A stretch of 64,000 nt of DNA. Origin: a bacterium. GTDB lineage: Bacteria > SAR324 > NAC60-12. Below the pieces are notes generated by a model. The model worked only from the letters and a program-made list of their open reading frames with translations, was not told where the DNA came from and did not search any database. Below are positions 1 to 10,981 of the stretch, piece by piece (within the stretch, counting starts at the first letter, position 1; each line of letters opens with the position of its first letter). The position numbers and the translations under genes are program-made. The DNA is taken from contig OZ242383.1 of NCBI GenBank assembly GCA_965209155.1, positions 3,744,001-3,808,000 on the forward strand, given 5' to 3'.

Positions 1-84
<84 letters not shown>

Positions 85-101
85 TTTACATCGCAGACCC
101 C

Positions 102-971
102 ATGTTGAAAAAGCATCCTTTTCTTTCCAGCATTTTAATTCTGTTCGTATTGCTGATCATTTTCACGGTATTGTTGAACCTGACGCAGCAGGAACGCTTA
201 GCATATTGGCAAAAAGGGGTCATCGGTGTCATAGAGGTGCAGGGTATGATCCTGGACCCCGATCCGATTGTGGCTCAGATTGAAAAAATGAAACGAACCG
301 AAAGCGTCTTGGGCGTAGTGGTTCGATTGAACAGTCCGGGAGGAAGCGTTGTGGCAGCCCAGGAAATCTATGGGATGCTGAATCGTCTGAAGTCAGTCAA
401 ACCCGTCTATGCATCCATGGGTGCGGTTGCCGCATCAGGAGCCTATTACGTTGCTTGCGCCACCGATCGGATTTATGCCAATCCGGGAACCATCACCGGT
501 AGTGTCGGTGTATTGTTACAATGGTTCAATTTTCAGGAACTTGCCGATAAAGTTGGTGCGAAAACCCTGACAATCAAGAGTGTTCAAAACAAAGACCTCA
601 TGTCGATGTTCCGGGAAATCGATGAATCGGAACGCCAAATTCTGCAGCAACTGGTCGATGACACCCATGAACAATTCATTCAAGCCATTCTGAAAGGTCG
701 TGAGCAGTTGAAAGAGGATCAAATACGAGAATGGTCGGATGGACGTATTTTAGCAGGAAAAAGAGCCCGGTCGTTGGGAATGATCGATGAACTGGCAAGC
801 TATCCCGAAGTCGTTAAAATAATGGGTAAGGAGTTGGGACTGGAGGAGCCCATCCGTACTATCGGGTTCGATGAAAAAGAATTTTCATTGACTTCACTGC
901 TTGGATTGGCCACTTTGAAAGGCATCCTGCCCATACCTTCGGGAATTCGTTTGAGCTATCTTTTGGAATAA
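102..971 (+). CDS. sppA: signal peptide peptidase SppA (36K type, S49)
   Basis: N-terminal TM; motifs RLNSPGGSV, AASGAYYVA, ITGSVGV. Confidence 0.92.
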   Translation: MLKKHPFLSSILILFVLLIIFTVLLNLTQQERLAYWQKGVIGVIEVQGMILDPDPIVAQIEKMKRTESVLGVVVRLNSPGGSVVAAQEIYGMLNRLKSVKPVYASMGAVAASGAYYVACATDRIYANPGTITGSVGVLLQWFNFQELADKVGAKTLTIKSVQNKDLMSMFREIDESERQILQQLVDDTHEQFIQAILKGREQLKEDQIREWSDGRILAGKRARSLGMIDELASYPEVVKIMGKELGLEEPIRTIGFDEKEFSLTSLLGLATLKGILPIPSGIRLSYLLE

Positions 972-975
972 TGAG

Positions 976-1287
976 ATGATGCGCTATATCTGGTTGATTT
1001 TCTTGTCATTATTTTTAATCTTCATTACAATTTTCTCCTATCAGAATCAAGAACTCGTTACTTTGCGGTTCCAGTTGGACTGGATCAACATCAGCTTCGT
1101 TTTTTCCGGGCGTCCCGTGTTTATTCCCATATTTCTTGCAATGGCAGCCGGAATTTTGTTTTCAACTCTGTATTTTTTCAGCTACCACGCTCAGCTTCGA
1201 GTAAAAATCCAGAAACAGAGCAGCGAAATCTTTCGATTGAAAAAGCAAATACTGCTGGAGCGTGAGAAACAGCGCAAGCAAGGGTGA
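976..1287 (+). CDS. small inner-membrane protein, LapA (DUF1049)-like
   Basis: two TM helices, FSYQNQELVTL motif, C-terminal coiled coil. Confidence 0.6.
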   Translation: MMRYIWLIFLSLFLIFITIFSYQNQELVTLRFQLDWINISFVFSGRPVFIPIFLAMAAGILFSTLYFFSYHAQLRVKIQKQSSEIFRLKKQILLEREKQRKQG

Positions 1288-1293
1288 TTGACC

Positions 1294-2961
1294 TCACTGC
1301 GGACCGTTCCAAGACGGGTCGCTGGTGCTCTCTTTCTCCTGTGTTGAGCCTCCCGGCATTATGAGAAACAATGAGGCGATCAGGGAAAAAGCTATCACAA
1401 CCAGGTTGACGAGAAACACATCTCGTACCGCCCCGGCCAGCGCAGAGTTGAGAGATCCGAACAGCATGTCCGTCAGGTGGATGCCTTCAGAACCGGATTC
1501 CGCGAATTCAATTCGCAATGTATCGACTGTGGAAGGATCGACAAAGGACCTCGGGTTGTCTCTAATGGCATCGAGCCGGTCAGGAGGGAGAGCGGTTCTG
1601 ACAGCATCGGGAAGTGTCTCTTCCAACCGGGTTGCGAACCTGTTCGTCATCACTACGCCCAGGACGGAGAGCCCCAGCACGCCACCAACCAACCTGAAGA
1701 ATTGGAGAGTGGAAGTGGCCATTCCCAAGAGAGCAGGCGACACGGAATTCTGCACGGCCACGTTGAATGTTGCCAGCGTACCGCCCAGCCCGAAACCCAT
1801 GATCGCGATATAGAGCATGGCCAGGGCAAAACTCGTATTTTCATTCAAGGTGAATATCAAAAACATGCCCATCGTCATGGTAGCCGTATTGATCAGAGCC
1901 TGTATCCGGAAGCGACCGGTTATCGAAAGCAGCAACCCCGACAGAATCGCGCCGAAGACGATTCCGAGAATCATGGGAGTCAGGAAACTACCGCTGCTCG
2001 TCGCAGACGTGCCCAGCACTCCTTGAAAGAACAGTGGAATAAAAAGGATACTTCCGTACAATCCAAAACCGGTCAGGGATGCGGCGACCACCGCGACGGA
2101 TACCACCTGGTTGGCGTATATTCCCAGGGGCATGATGGGGGAATCCGATTTGGACTCTATGACCAGGAAAGCCATGATCATGATCAATCCGAATACCAGA
2201 AAACCGAGAATTTGCGGAGAGTTCCACGGATAGAGGACGCCTCCCCAGGACAGGGCCAGGAGGACAGGTGTCACCGCGAGGACCAAGGTCAACATGCCGG
2301 GATAGTCCAAACTGGGATTATCCATTTCTTCGGGCCGGATGTTCGGGTAGGTTCGCAGGATCAACAACAACACGGGGATGCCCGCAGGTACATTGAAGAG
2401 AAAGATCCAATTCCAGGAAATCGTATCGGTGATGAAACCACCCAGGAAGGGTCCAATCACCGAGGAGATGCCGTAGACGAGACCGAACAGTCCCTGAAGT
2501 CTGCCTCGCGCCCGAGGAGGAAACAGGTCTGCGATGGCTACGAGACTGTTGACCATGATGATTCCACCGCCAAGACCTTGGATGGCACGGGCAATGATGA
2601 GTTGGGTCATTGACTGGCTCAAACCCGCCAGGAGCGATGCAATCATGAAGATGACGAGACCCAGGATGAAGAATATCTTGCGGCCGTATAGATCGCTCAA
2701 CCTGCCCACAATCGGGATCGCTATCGTAGACGAGATCAGGTAAGCAGTCGCTGCCCACGTATAACGCTCAAATCCACCCAGCTCCATAATAATACCTGGC
2801 ATGGCGGTGGCGACGATGGTCTGGCTCAACGCAGCCAGCAACATTGCCAGCATCACTCCACTCATCACCAGAAAGATCTGTTTTGGGGAACGTTGCTTGA
2901 ACTCTTTTGCCAACCTTTGATGCGTGGTGGTATCCGTTTTGGCCTCACTTTTGGTGTTCAT
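1294..2961 (-). CDS. MFS drug:H+ antiporter, DHA2/EmrB-QacA (14-TMS) family
   Basis: motifs QTIVATAMP, GRLSDLYGRK, WNWIFLFNVP, LDYPG. Confidence 0.9.
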   Translation of the reverse strand: MNTKSEAKTDTTTHQRLAKEFKQRSPKQIFLVMSGVMLAMLLAALSQTIVATAMPGIIMELGGFERYTWAATAYLISSTIAIPIVGRLSDLYGRKIFFILGLVIFMIASLLAGLSQSMTQLIIARAIQGLGGGIIMVNSLVAIADLFPPRARGRLQGLFGLVYGISSVIGPFLGGFITDTISWNWIFLFNVPAGIPVLLLILRTYPNIRPEEMDNPSLDYPGMLTLVLAVTPVLLALSWGGVLYPWNSPQILGFLVFGLIMIMAFLVIESKSDSPIMPLGIYANQVVSVAVVAASLTGFGLYGSILFIPLFFQGVLGTSATSSGSFLTPMILGIVFGAILSGLLLSITGRFRIQALINTATMTMGMFLIFTLNENTSFALAMLYIAIMGFGLGGTLATFNVAVQNSVSPALLGMATSTLQFFRLVGGVLGLSVLGVVMTNRFATRLEETLPDAVRTALPPDRLDAIRDNPRSFVDPSTVDTLRIEFAESGSEGIHLTDMLFGSLNSALAGAVRDVFLVNLVVIAFSLIASLFLIMPGGSTQEKESTSDPSWNGPQ

Positions 2962-3065
2962 GACCTCTCGTTGAAAGGGGACTGGCCTGGTAGGCGGAAC
3001 GTGCTTTGGAGCGCAAAGCGAAATAGCTCTTCTCTGTCAAATGCGAAATTGAAGAAAAAATACGT

Positions 3066-3824
3066 TTACGGAAGTACAGGTTCCAGTTTTTTCAGAAAAT
3101 CCAGATAATTCAAGGGAATGCGCTGCTGAATAACTCGGGCTTTTTTTTGCAACAAAGATCGATCGAAAATGCGTTTTTGAATTTCACCATACAAAATCAC
3201 GTTTCCCATAACAGGAACGGGGGCTTTCCAAACGGTTTCAAAGACTCCCTGCCATTTTCTGATTTTTTCAGAAAAGTTTTCGTGCGAAGACCAAAGATTT
3301 CCCACAACCCAGCCTCCGGGCTTGAGTTTCCGGGAGAGAAGTCTGAAAAATTCGAGGGTATTCAAATGGGAAGGCGCACCTTCGGCCTGGAAGGCATCCA
3401 AAAAAATCAAATCATATTCATTTTTACAAGAAGCCATGGTGCTGAAACCATCCCCGAGCAGTAGACGAATGCGCTCGTTCTGCGGCAAATCGAAATATCG
3501 ATAGGCGACGGAGATCACTTCAGGGTTGATTTCGATGACATCCTGAAATGCCGAAGGATAATGTTTGTGAATGAATCGCGGAATGTTTCCTGCCCCCAGG
3601 CCGATATGAAGAATCATCTCCGGTGAGGCGCAAAAGATTAATCCCAGTGTCATATATTGGGTATAGGAGAGCAGTAAATAATCGGGATTCGCTTTGGAAA
3701 TCGCGCTTTGTATGACATGATTGCCGAATTTCAATTCCCGATGTTCCATTCGATCAATCACCTGGATTCGCATTCCCATGGATTCAGTCTCGAAAACGAT
3801 TTCTTCTTTATTTATCAATCGCAT
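3066..3824 (-). CDS. spermidine synthase-like SAM-dependent methyltransferase
   Basis: HIGLGAG SAM-binding motif, VIEINPEV, YDLIFLDAF. Confidence 0.75.
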   Translation of the reverse strand: MRLINKEEIVFETESMGMRIQVIDRMEHRELKFGNHVIQSAISKANPDYLLLSYTQYMTLGLIFCASPEMILHIGLGAGNIPRFIHKHYPSAFQDVIEINPEVISVAYRYFDLPQNERIRLLLGDGFSTMASCKNEYDLIFLDAFQAEGAPSHLNTLEFFRLLSRKLKPGGWVVGNLWSSHENFSEKIRKWQGVFETVWKAPVPVMGNVILYGEIQKRIFDRSLLQKKARVIQQRIPLNYLDFLKKLEPVLP

Positions 3825-3855
3825 TTACTTTTCTTTCTGTTTGCGACAAATTGAA

Positions 3856-4956
3856 TCAAGATGAACAGGCGTTCATCATTTTTATAAAACGATTGAACAA
3901 ATAGTTGGCATCATGAGGTCCGGGTGCCGCTTCCGGGTGATATTGGACGGCATAAGCGGGATGATCCAGAGATTCGATTCCCTCCACGGTTTGGTCATTC
4001 AAATTACGATGAGTCACGCGAACGTTGGAGGGCAAAGAAGATTCCTCCACGGCAAAGCCATGATTCTGGCTGGTAATCTCTACTTTTTGCGTTGCATAAT
4101 CGATGACCGGGTGATTGGCGCCATGGTGCCCGAATTTCAATTTGTAGGTTCGACAACCCAAGGCGAGAGAAAGAATTTGGTGCCCCAAGCAGATTCCGAA
4201 TATGGGAACCCTGCCCAATAGTTGCTTCACGGCAGCAATGCTTTCATGAACGACAGCCGGGTCACCCGGGCCGTTGGAAAGAAAGACGCCATCTGGCGCA
4301 AGTTCCATGACCTCTTCCATGGAAGTGGCATGCGGTACCACCGTCGCCTCCACACCCAATCGTGCCAGGGAACGCAAGATGTTGTACTTGATCCCCACAT
4401 CATAGGCAACCACGCGAAAACGAGGTGCCCCCTCCTCACATTTCCAGGTGTATCGTTGCAAAGTCGAGACGCTGCTTGCCAGATTCCGGCCTTCCATCAC
4501 GGGCAACTTCATCGCCTCTTCACGTAACATCGCCAGATTGTCCGAACTCCCTTCAACCGGAGCAATGATCCCCGGACAAGCGCCTTGTTCCCGAATGGTT
4601 TTAACCAGGGCTCGAGTATCGATTCCTTCCAGAACAGGTACGTTCCAGGTTATAAGCCATTCTTCCAGGCTTCGATCCGCCCGCCAATTGCTGGTTACCT
4701 GGCTCAATTCTTTGACAATCAATCCCCTGGCAAATATTTTCCGTGATTCCATATCCATGGGATTGACGCCGTAATTGCCAATATGAGGATAGGTCATGGT
4801 CACTATTTGTCCGGCATAGGAGGGGTCCGTGAGAATTTCCTGGTATCCGGTCAGACCCGTATGAAAAATCACTTCCCCCTCTGCTGGCACGAATGCCCCG
4901 CGTAAGCGACCTTTAAAGATTCGGCCGTTGCTCAAGATAAGCATTCCTTCGGTCAT
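3856..4956 (-). CDS. carA: carbamoyl-phosphate synthase small subunit
   Basis: [32 protein letters not shown] motifs. Confidence 0.97.
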   Translation of the reverse strand: MTEGMLILSNGRIFKGRLRGAFVPAEGEVIFHTGLTGYQEILTDPSYAGQIVTMTYPHIGNYGVNPMDMESRKIFARGLIVKELSQVTSNWRADRSLEEWLITWNVPVLEGIDTRALVKTIREQGACPGIIAPVEGSSDNLAMLREEAMKLPVMEGRNLASSVSTLQRYTWKCEEGAPRFRVVAYDVGIKYNILRSLARLGVEATVVPHATSMEEVMELAPDGVFLSNGPGDPAVVHESIAAVKQLLGRVPIFGICLGHQILSLALGCRTYKLKFGHHGANHPVIDYATQKVEITSQNHGFAVEESSLPSNVRVTHRNLNDQTVEGIESLDHPAYAVQYHPEAAPGPHDANYLFNRFIKMMNACSS

Positions 4957-5106
4957 TGAAGCTCCAAAGATGAGTTGATAACTGGATAAATTCGATTTTG
5001 GATTGTCTCTTCGAGCAGGTCCATGTTAATATTTACAGCTTCGATTATACCAAGTACGGATCATTTGCGCTATTGGTATTACGCATTTTCAGCAAGAAAG
5101 CGATTT

Positions 5107-6600
5107 ATGAGCGAATCCCATTCCCAATTACGAATCAGACGAGAAAAATTAAATAAAATCAAGGAATTGGGGGTAAACCCTTATCCTTATTCTTTTGAAT
5201 GCTCCCATACGATTTCCGAGGTGAAAGAGCAGGCGAAGCTGTTGATTGAAAAGCAGCGGCAAATCGGCATCGCTGGGAGATTGATGGCCATTCGGAGAAA
5301 AGGAAAAACACTTTTTGCTCACATTCAAGGCCAACACGAACGTCTTCAAATCTATGTGCGAAAAGACAAAGTGGGCGAAGAATCATATCAAGTGGTTGGT
5401 TTGTGCGACATTGGAGATTATATTGGATTGACGGGTTTCCTGATGCATACTCAAACCGGGGAATTGACCTTGAGAGCGCAAACATTCCAATTACTCGCGA
5501 AATCACTGCGTCCGCTTCCCGTGATCAAAGTGAAAGAAATCGAAGGGGAAAAATTGCGCTTCGATGAAGTGTCGAATAAAGAATTTCGATATCGCCAACG
5601 TTATGTCGATTTGACGCTCAATGAAGAAGTGGCCAAAGTATTTCGAAAGCGATCATTGATCCTTCAAACGATACGGCAATACTTGATTGAAGCGAATTTC
5701 CTGGAAGTGGAAACTCCCATCCTGCAAGAAATATATGGAGGTGCGAATGCCACCCCATTTCAAACCTACCATAAGACTCTGGGTGTCGATTTTTATCTGA
5801 GGATTTCTGACGAACTCTACCTCAAACGATTGGTTGTCGGTGGTTTCGATCGGGTTTTTGAATTTGGAAAAAATTTTCGCAACGAAGGTATGGACCGGAC
5901 CCACAATCCGGAATTTCTCGCTCTTGAATTTTATCAGGCGTATGCCGACTATACCATTATGATGCAACACAATGAACGAATCTGGGAAAAATGCGCGCTA
6001 GCTCTTTTTGGAACCACTCGCTTTGAATTTCAAGGTACCATCATTGATGTCAAAGCTCCCTGGATGCGTATCACGATGGTGGAAGCGGTAGAGAAAATCG
6101 CAGGAATTCCGTTTTCAGATCTCAAAGACTCGGAATTACAAAATCTACTTCAAGAAAAAAATTGGAAATTGGAAGGAGCATTCACCCGTGGAAGCGCGTT
6201 GGAACGCATTTTTGAAGAAACTTGTGAAGATTCTCTCATTCAACCCACCTTTGTTCTCAATTATCCTGTGGAAAGCACCCCTCTGTGTAAAGTACACCGT
6301 GAAGACCCAACTCTGGTCGAGCGATTCGAGGCCTACGTCAACGGATGGGAAGTGGCCAATGCCTACTCGGAACTCAACGATCCCGTCCGCCAGCGATCAT
6401 TGCTGGAAGAACAGGCGAATCGCGGACGGGGAGGGGAAGCCGAAACTCATCCTTATGATGCTGATTTTATTCGAGCGATGGAATACGGGATGCCTCCCAT
6501 GGGAGGAATCGGGATAGGAATGGACCGCATGGTGATGCTCCTGACTAACCAATCGAGCATTCGGGACGTCATACTTTTTCCGACTATGAAACCGGAGTAG
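5107..6600 (+). CDS. lysS: lysine--tRNA ligase (class II)
   Basis: RYRQRYVDL, FRNEGMDRTHNPEF, EYGMPP..GIGMDR, IRDVILFP; start placed at MSESH. Confidence 0.97.
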   Translation: MSESHSQLRIRREKLNKIKELGVNPYPYSFECSHTISEVKEQAKLLIEKQRQIGIAGRLMAIRRKGKTLFAHIQGQHERLQIYVRKDKVGEESYQVVGLCDIGDYIGLTGFLMHTQTGELTLRAQTFQLLAKSLRPLPVIKVKEIEGEKLRFDEVSNKEFRYRQRYVDLTLNEEVAKVFRKRSLILQTIRQYLIEANFLEVETPILQEIYGGANATPFQTYHKTLGVDFYLRISDELYLKRLVVGGFDRVFEFGKNFRNEGMDRTHNPEFLALEFYQAYADYTIMMQHNERIWEKCALALFGTTRFEFQGTIIDVKAPWMRITMVEAVEKIAGIPFSDLKDSELQNLLQEKNWKLEGAFTRGSALERIFEETCEDSLIQPTFVLNYPVESTPLCKVHREDPTLVERFEAYVNGWEVANAYSELNDPVRQRSLLEEQANRGRGGEAETHPYDADFIRAMEYGMPPMGGIGIGMDRMVMLLTNQSSIRDVILFPTMKPE

Positions 6601-6642
6601 CGCCTGCCAGCGGATGTTAGACGAGTTATTTTTTAATGCAAG

Positions 6643-8631
6643 ATGTCACAAAAGGATGATGTGGACAGTTTGTGGGAAGATCAAAAAGCAAAACCGTACC
6701 TGAATGATCCGCTGCAATTGCGGGTCTATACATCCCGACTGCTTGGGCGGGAAGCCGCATTGGTATTGCATGGGGGAGGCAACACGTCTCTCAAAATGGA
6801 AATCCGTGATTGGTTTGGAGAACCAGAAAGCGTCCTGTACGTCAAGGGAAGCGGGAAAGATCTGGCATGCATCGATGCTGAAGGATTTGTACCCCTGAAA
6901 TTAGAGGTATTGCAGCGAATGGCGATGCTTGAAAGTCTCACGGACAGGCAAATGCTCGACATTCAAAAAACGGCCATGATGAGGGCCAATGCGCCGGAAC
7001 CCTCCGTTGAAGCCATTTTGCATGCCATCATCCCCTTCAAATATGTGGATCATACCCATGCGGATGCGGTTTTAACGATCACCAACACCGTGCGTGGAGA
7101 AGAATTGATTCGGAAAATATATGGAGATCGGGTATTGATCGTGCCCTATGTCAAGCCGGGATTTGCTTTGGCAAAGAAAATCCACCAGATAACGAAAAAT
7201 CTGGATTGGAAAACTCTGGATGGTTTGATTTTGATGCACCATGGCATATTCACTTTCCACGATGACGCTCGTGAATGCTATGAAAAGATGATTTATTTGG
7301 TTTCCGAAGCGGAGGCATATCTTTTATTGGAAGGTGCGTGGGATTCGATAGCAACAGCCCCTGCTCGAGAAAACCTGGTGCATTTGGCTCGGATACGCTA
7401 TGCGGTGTCAAAAGCGAAAGGAAGCGCGATGCTGGCAATGCAAGACAATAGTCCGGAAGCCTGCGGCTTTGCGAGTCTGCCCGATATTGAGACGATCGCA
7501 ACCCAAGGTCCCCTCACACCGGATCATGTCATTCATACAAAACGAATTCCATTGATCGTTGAAGAAAAACCGGAAGATGACGTTCTTCATTTTGTAGAGG
7601 CCCACGAAGCTTATTTTGCAAGACACGATGATGGGAGTCACCATTGTCAGTCTCCCGAACCACGATGGGCGATTTGGCCTGATCACGGCATCATCAGCTT
7701 TGGATGTGATATAGAAGCGGTGCGAACCACCGCGGACATTGCCAGTCATACGATTTTAGCTATTCAACGCGGACTGGCTTTGGGAGGATGGCGAACGTTG
7801 CAGGAAAAAGACGTATTCGCAGTCGAGTACTGGGATCTGGAACAGGCTAAATTACGGCAAAAACAAAACTTTCGGGAGTTAACCGGAAAAATCGCCATCG
7901 TGACCGGAGCTGCGAGTGGAATCGGAAAAGAGTGTATGAGAGCTCTTCTCGCGCATGGAGCTGTTGTCGCTGCAGTGGATATCAATCCTGCTATCCAGCA
8001 AGAAATTCAGCAAAGTGGCACCCTGGGAATTGCATGTGATCTCAGACGAGAAGAAGCCTTGAGGGATATGGTACAAAAGGTCATTCGTAATTTTGGTGGT
8101 CTGGATATCTTGATCAGCAATGCCGGTATATTCCCCGAAAGCCAAACTATCGAGAAAATGGATTCCGACCTTTGGAACCGTAGTCTGGAAGTCAATCTGA
8201 CCAGCCATCAACGATTGATTCAATTTTGTCTGCCTTACTTGAAATGGGGTCTTGACCCGAGTGTCGTAATCATTGCTTCCAAAAACGTCATTGCTCCTGG
8301 TCCAGGAGCGTCCGCTTATTCGGTTGCTAAGGCCGGATTGACTCAATTGGCCCGAGTGGCTGCCCTGGAATATGGCGCATCGGGTATCCGAGTGAACGTA
8401 ATTCATCCCAATGCGGTTTTTGATACCGGACTCTGGACTGAAGAGTTGTTGAAAAAACGAGCGCAGTACAATCAGATGAGTTTGAAAGAGTATAAAACCA
8501 ATAATATTCTTGGCGTAGAAGTCACCTCTAAAGACGTCGCGGCTTTAGCTTGCGCGATGGCGGGTAGCGTTTTTGCAAAAACGACAGGTGCTCAAGTTCC
8601 GGTCGATGGCGGTAATGCGCGAGTTATCTGA
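6643..8631 (+). CDS. bifunctional class II aldolase / short-chain dehydrogenase (RhaD-like fusion)
   Basis: LHGGGNTS, PSVEAILHA, HTH; C-terminal TGAASGIG and YSVAK SDR motifs. Confidence 0.88.
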   Translation: MSQKDDVDSLWEDQKAKPYLNDPLQLRVYTSRLLGREAALVLHGGGNTSLKMEIRDWFGEPESVLYVKGSGKDLACIDAEGFVPLKLEVLQRMAMLESLTDRQMLDIQKTAMMRANAPEPSVEAILHAIIPFKYVDHTHADAVLTITNTVRGEELIRKIYGDRVLIVPYVKPGFALAKKIHQITKNLDWKTLDGLILMHHGIFTFHDDARECYEKMIYLVSEAEAYLLLEGAWDSIATAPARENLVHLARIRYAVSKAKGSAMLAMQDNSPEACGFASLPDIETIATQGPLTPDHVIHTKRIPLIVEEKPEDDVLHFVEAHEAYFARHDDGSHHCQSPEPRWAIWPDHGIISFGCDIEAVRTTADIASHTILAIQRGLALGGWRTLQEKDVFAVEYWDLEQAKLRQKQNFRELTGKIAIVTGAASGIGKECMRALLAHGAVVAAVDINPAIQQEIQQSGTLGIACDLRREEALRDMVQKVIRNFGGLDILISNAGIFPESQTIEKMDSDLWNRSLEVNLTSHQRLIQFCLPYLKWGLDPSVVIIASKNVIAPGPGASAYSVAKAGLTQLARVAALEYGASGIRVNVIHPNAVFDTGLWTEELLKKRAQYNQMSLKEYKTNNILGVEVTSKDVAALACAMAGSVFAKTTGAQVPVDGGNARVI

Positions 8632-8666
8632 ATGCAGTGGAACCAATGCCGACAAAGGAGATTCTT

Positions 8667-9278
8667 ATGAAACGACGTACTTTGATTCAATCCATTTTAG
8701 TTTTCCTCTTGATGGGTTTTGGATTGAGACCCAAGGAAAGCCAAGCAGCAGTTCGATATCCTAAAACCCCCAGGGATGGAGAAGGTCCTTATTATCCAAT
8801 TCAGAGGCGAAATGATGAAGATTTTGATTTGGTGCATGTGGATGGTCAATCCGGAATAGCAAAGGGGCATGTTTTGAATTTACGTGGAAAAGTGATTGAT
8901 GAAACCGGGGTTCCTCAAAATGAGGCCATTGTTGAAATCTGGCAGGCGGACTCTCGAGGGAGATACAACCATCCTCGAGATTTCAAGACAGGACGGAGGG
9001 ACCCGAATTTTCAGTATTGGGGAAAATCCACGGTACAAGCAGATGGGGTATATTTCTTTAAAACAGTAATCCCCAGCGCCTATTCCGGTCGTCCGGCTCA
9101 CATTCATTACAAAGTATGGATCAAAGGTGAAACGCGCCTCACCAGCCAGATTTATTTTAAAAATCACCCACAAAACGAGGACTCGGGATTTCATGCGGAA
9201 CAAGCACCATTGCAGGTTATCGAATTGAAACCCGCGAAAAATAATGAATTTGAGGGCTTTTTTCAGATTGTTTTATAA
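8667..9278 (+). CDS. intradiol ring-cleavage dioxygenase family protein with Tat-like signal
   Basis: EGPYY, VEIWQAD..GRY, RPAHIHY iron-ligand motifs; KRRTLI N-terminus; RBS AAGGAG. Confidence 0.82.
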   Translation: MKRRTLIQSILVFLLMGFGLRPKESQAAVRYPKTPRDGEGPYYPIQRRNDEDFDLVHVDGQSGIAKGHVLNLRGKVIDETGVPQNEAIVEIWQADSRGRYNHPRDFKTGRRDPNFQYWGKSTVQADGVYFFKTVIPSAYSGRPAHIHYKVWIKGETRLTSQIYFKNHPQNEDSGFHAEQAPLQVIELKPAKNNEFEGFFQIVL

Positions 9279-9367
9279 ATTGGAAAGATACGTCGATTGT
9301 CAGATTTTGATAGTGTGAGGAAGAACAAGAAAGAAGGTGGCTAAGCGTTGGTAGGATCGTAATAAAT

Positions 9368-9667
9368 TTATCCATCCAGGAACTCACCTCCTTCGATGCT
9401 CCGTGAAAGTAATTTTCGTTTATTATTAAAATCCATCCGTACTAGTATCCGGTTGGGACATCGGCTTCCGATTATTTCTTTATTCAAGAAATAAGAGATT
9501 TTACCCGATGGATTAAAATCCTGCGCCAAACCGGTGTGCTCATCAATAAAAAGATTGAATTCTTCGTCGCATTTACCACAGCGGACCTTCAAAAAAAATC
9601 CAGGTCTGGGAGAGGTTTGGATCTCGGAAAAAAAGAAATCAAATATTTTTTTTAACAAAACACTCAT
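9368..9667 (-). CDS. small hypothetical protein with CxxC + Cys (possible metal binding)
   Basis: VRCGKC...GSRC; start uncertain (ORF open to 9721). Confidence 0.6.
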   Translation of the reverse strand: MSVLLKKIFDFFFSEIQTSPRPGFFLKVRCGKCDEEFNLFIDEHTGLAQDFNPSGKISYFLNKEIIGSRCPNRILVRMDFNNKRKLLSRSIEGGEFLDG

Positions 9668-9704
9668 TTTTAAAGAATCATTCGAACAATAGATGGTCTG
9701 AATT

Positions 9705-10466
9705 CTATCCTCTTCCCACAAAGGGCATTTTGGTCGCCATCACGGTCATAAACAGCACGTTGGCATCCAAGGGGAGATTTGCCATGTATATGACGGCCTG
9801 AGCTACATTTTCCGGGTCCATCGTTGGTTCGACAGCGGTGGAACCATTTGCCTGGAGGGCACCATTTTCCATATTTGCTGTCATATCCGTCATTGCATTG
9901 CCAATGTCGATTTGTCCACATGCGATATCAAAATTGCGACCATCCAGGGAGGTTGACTTGGTCAGCCCCGAAATTCCATGCTTGGTGGCCGTGTAAGGGG
10001 CGGAATTCAATCTTGGTACTTGAGAAGAAATGGAACCATTGTTGATAATTCGACCTCCTTGGGGATCCTGATTTTTCATATACCTGAATGCTTCTCGCGT
10101 ACATAGGAAAGATCCCGTCAAGTTGATGTCGACAACGGTTTTCCATTGCTCATAAGTAAGATCTTCCATGGGAACCGGAGGAGCTCCTGTGCCCGCGTTG
10201 TTGAACAATAGATCGATTCGACCGAAACGTTCTTTCGTTTTGGCAAACAATTTTTGTACGGATTCTGGTTCAGATACATCCACGGGCATTGTCAAAACTC
10301 GTGATTGATTTGGTCCTGCTTCCTGCAAAGCTGTTTCGAGAGGCTCTTTACGGCGACCCGCCAAGGTGACGCAATATCCTTCTCTTAAAAGAGCAAAGGC
10401 GCTATGCTTACCAATACCAGTGCCTCCTCCTGTTATAATTGCAACTTTATTGGGTGAATTCATCAT
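9705..10466 (-). CDS. short-chain dehydrogenase/reductase
   Basis: [17 protein letters not shown] motifs. Confidence 0.92.
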   Translation of the reverse strand: MMNSPNKVAIITGGGTGIGKHSAFALLREGYCVTLAGRRKEPLETALQEAGPNQSRVLTMPVDVSEPESVQKLFAKTKERFGRIDLLFNNAGTGAPPVPMEDLTYEQWKTVVDINLTGSFLCTREAFRYMKNQDPQGGRIINNGSISSQVPRLNSAPYTATKHGISGLTKSTSLDGRNFDIACGQIDIGNAMTDMTANMENGALQANGSTAVEPTMDPENVAQAVIYMANLPLDANVLFMTVMATKMPFVGRG

Positions 10467-10737
10467 GCTCTCTCCATATTCGAGGTTGAATTGACTTCCA
10501 GATAGTCAACTGTCAGACAAACCGTTTTTGTCCACGTCTTCAAATAACACATAGGAAATGATTTTTTAACGGCTTCTATCTGGAATCGCAATATTTTATG
10601 GGTTCTGCGTTGTTTTACCAACAGAAATTTATAAAGATAGTAGCTTATAACGGCGTCAAATATCTCATACCTCCTCGTAAACTATGGAAAAAAATCTTTT
10701 CATAGTCAGGACAAGATGTAACAATTCATTTCCGATT

Positions 10738-10911
10738 GAAATGGTTCACCAGGTTGTACGCCAATGCGTTTTCTCGAGCGTGGTGTAAGTCGTCGAGGAC
10801 TACTCAGGTACGCGTGGAATGACAACACATCCTTGAAGGGGAGACAAGCTATCGGACCAGTACATCCTCCGGAGAACCCGGACAACCAGTCCTGCAACGG
10901 GTATCTTTTCA
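10738..10911. ncRNA. candidate structured RNA (6S RNA-like long imperfect hairpin)
   Basis: GC-richer intergenic island of ~175 nt with nested complementary segments (GGTTGTACG/CGGACAACC, GTTTTCTCGAG/CTCCGGAGAAC, GGTGTA/TACATC). Confidence 0.35.
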
Positions 10912-10981
10912 GAAAGACGAAAATATTGCTTCTTTTTCAATCTGGCATGCATTTATGCATGCTCATCAAAGGACCAGATTC

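Noticed and set aside
1325..2758. Long antisense/alternative-frame ORFs over the MFS gene (and similarly over the GC-rich permeases and binding proteins)
   Set aside because: Shadow ORFs expected from GC-rich codon usage; no recognisable motifs
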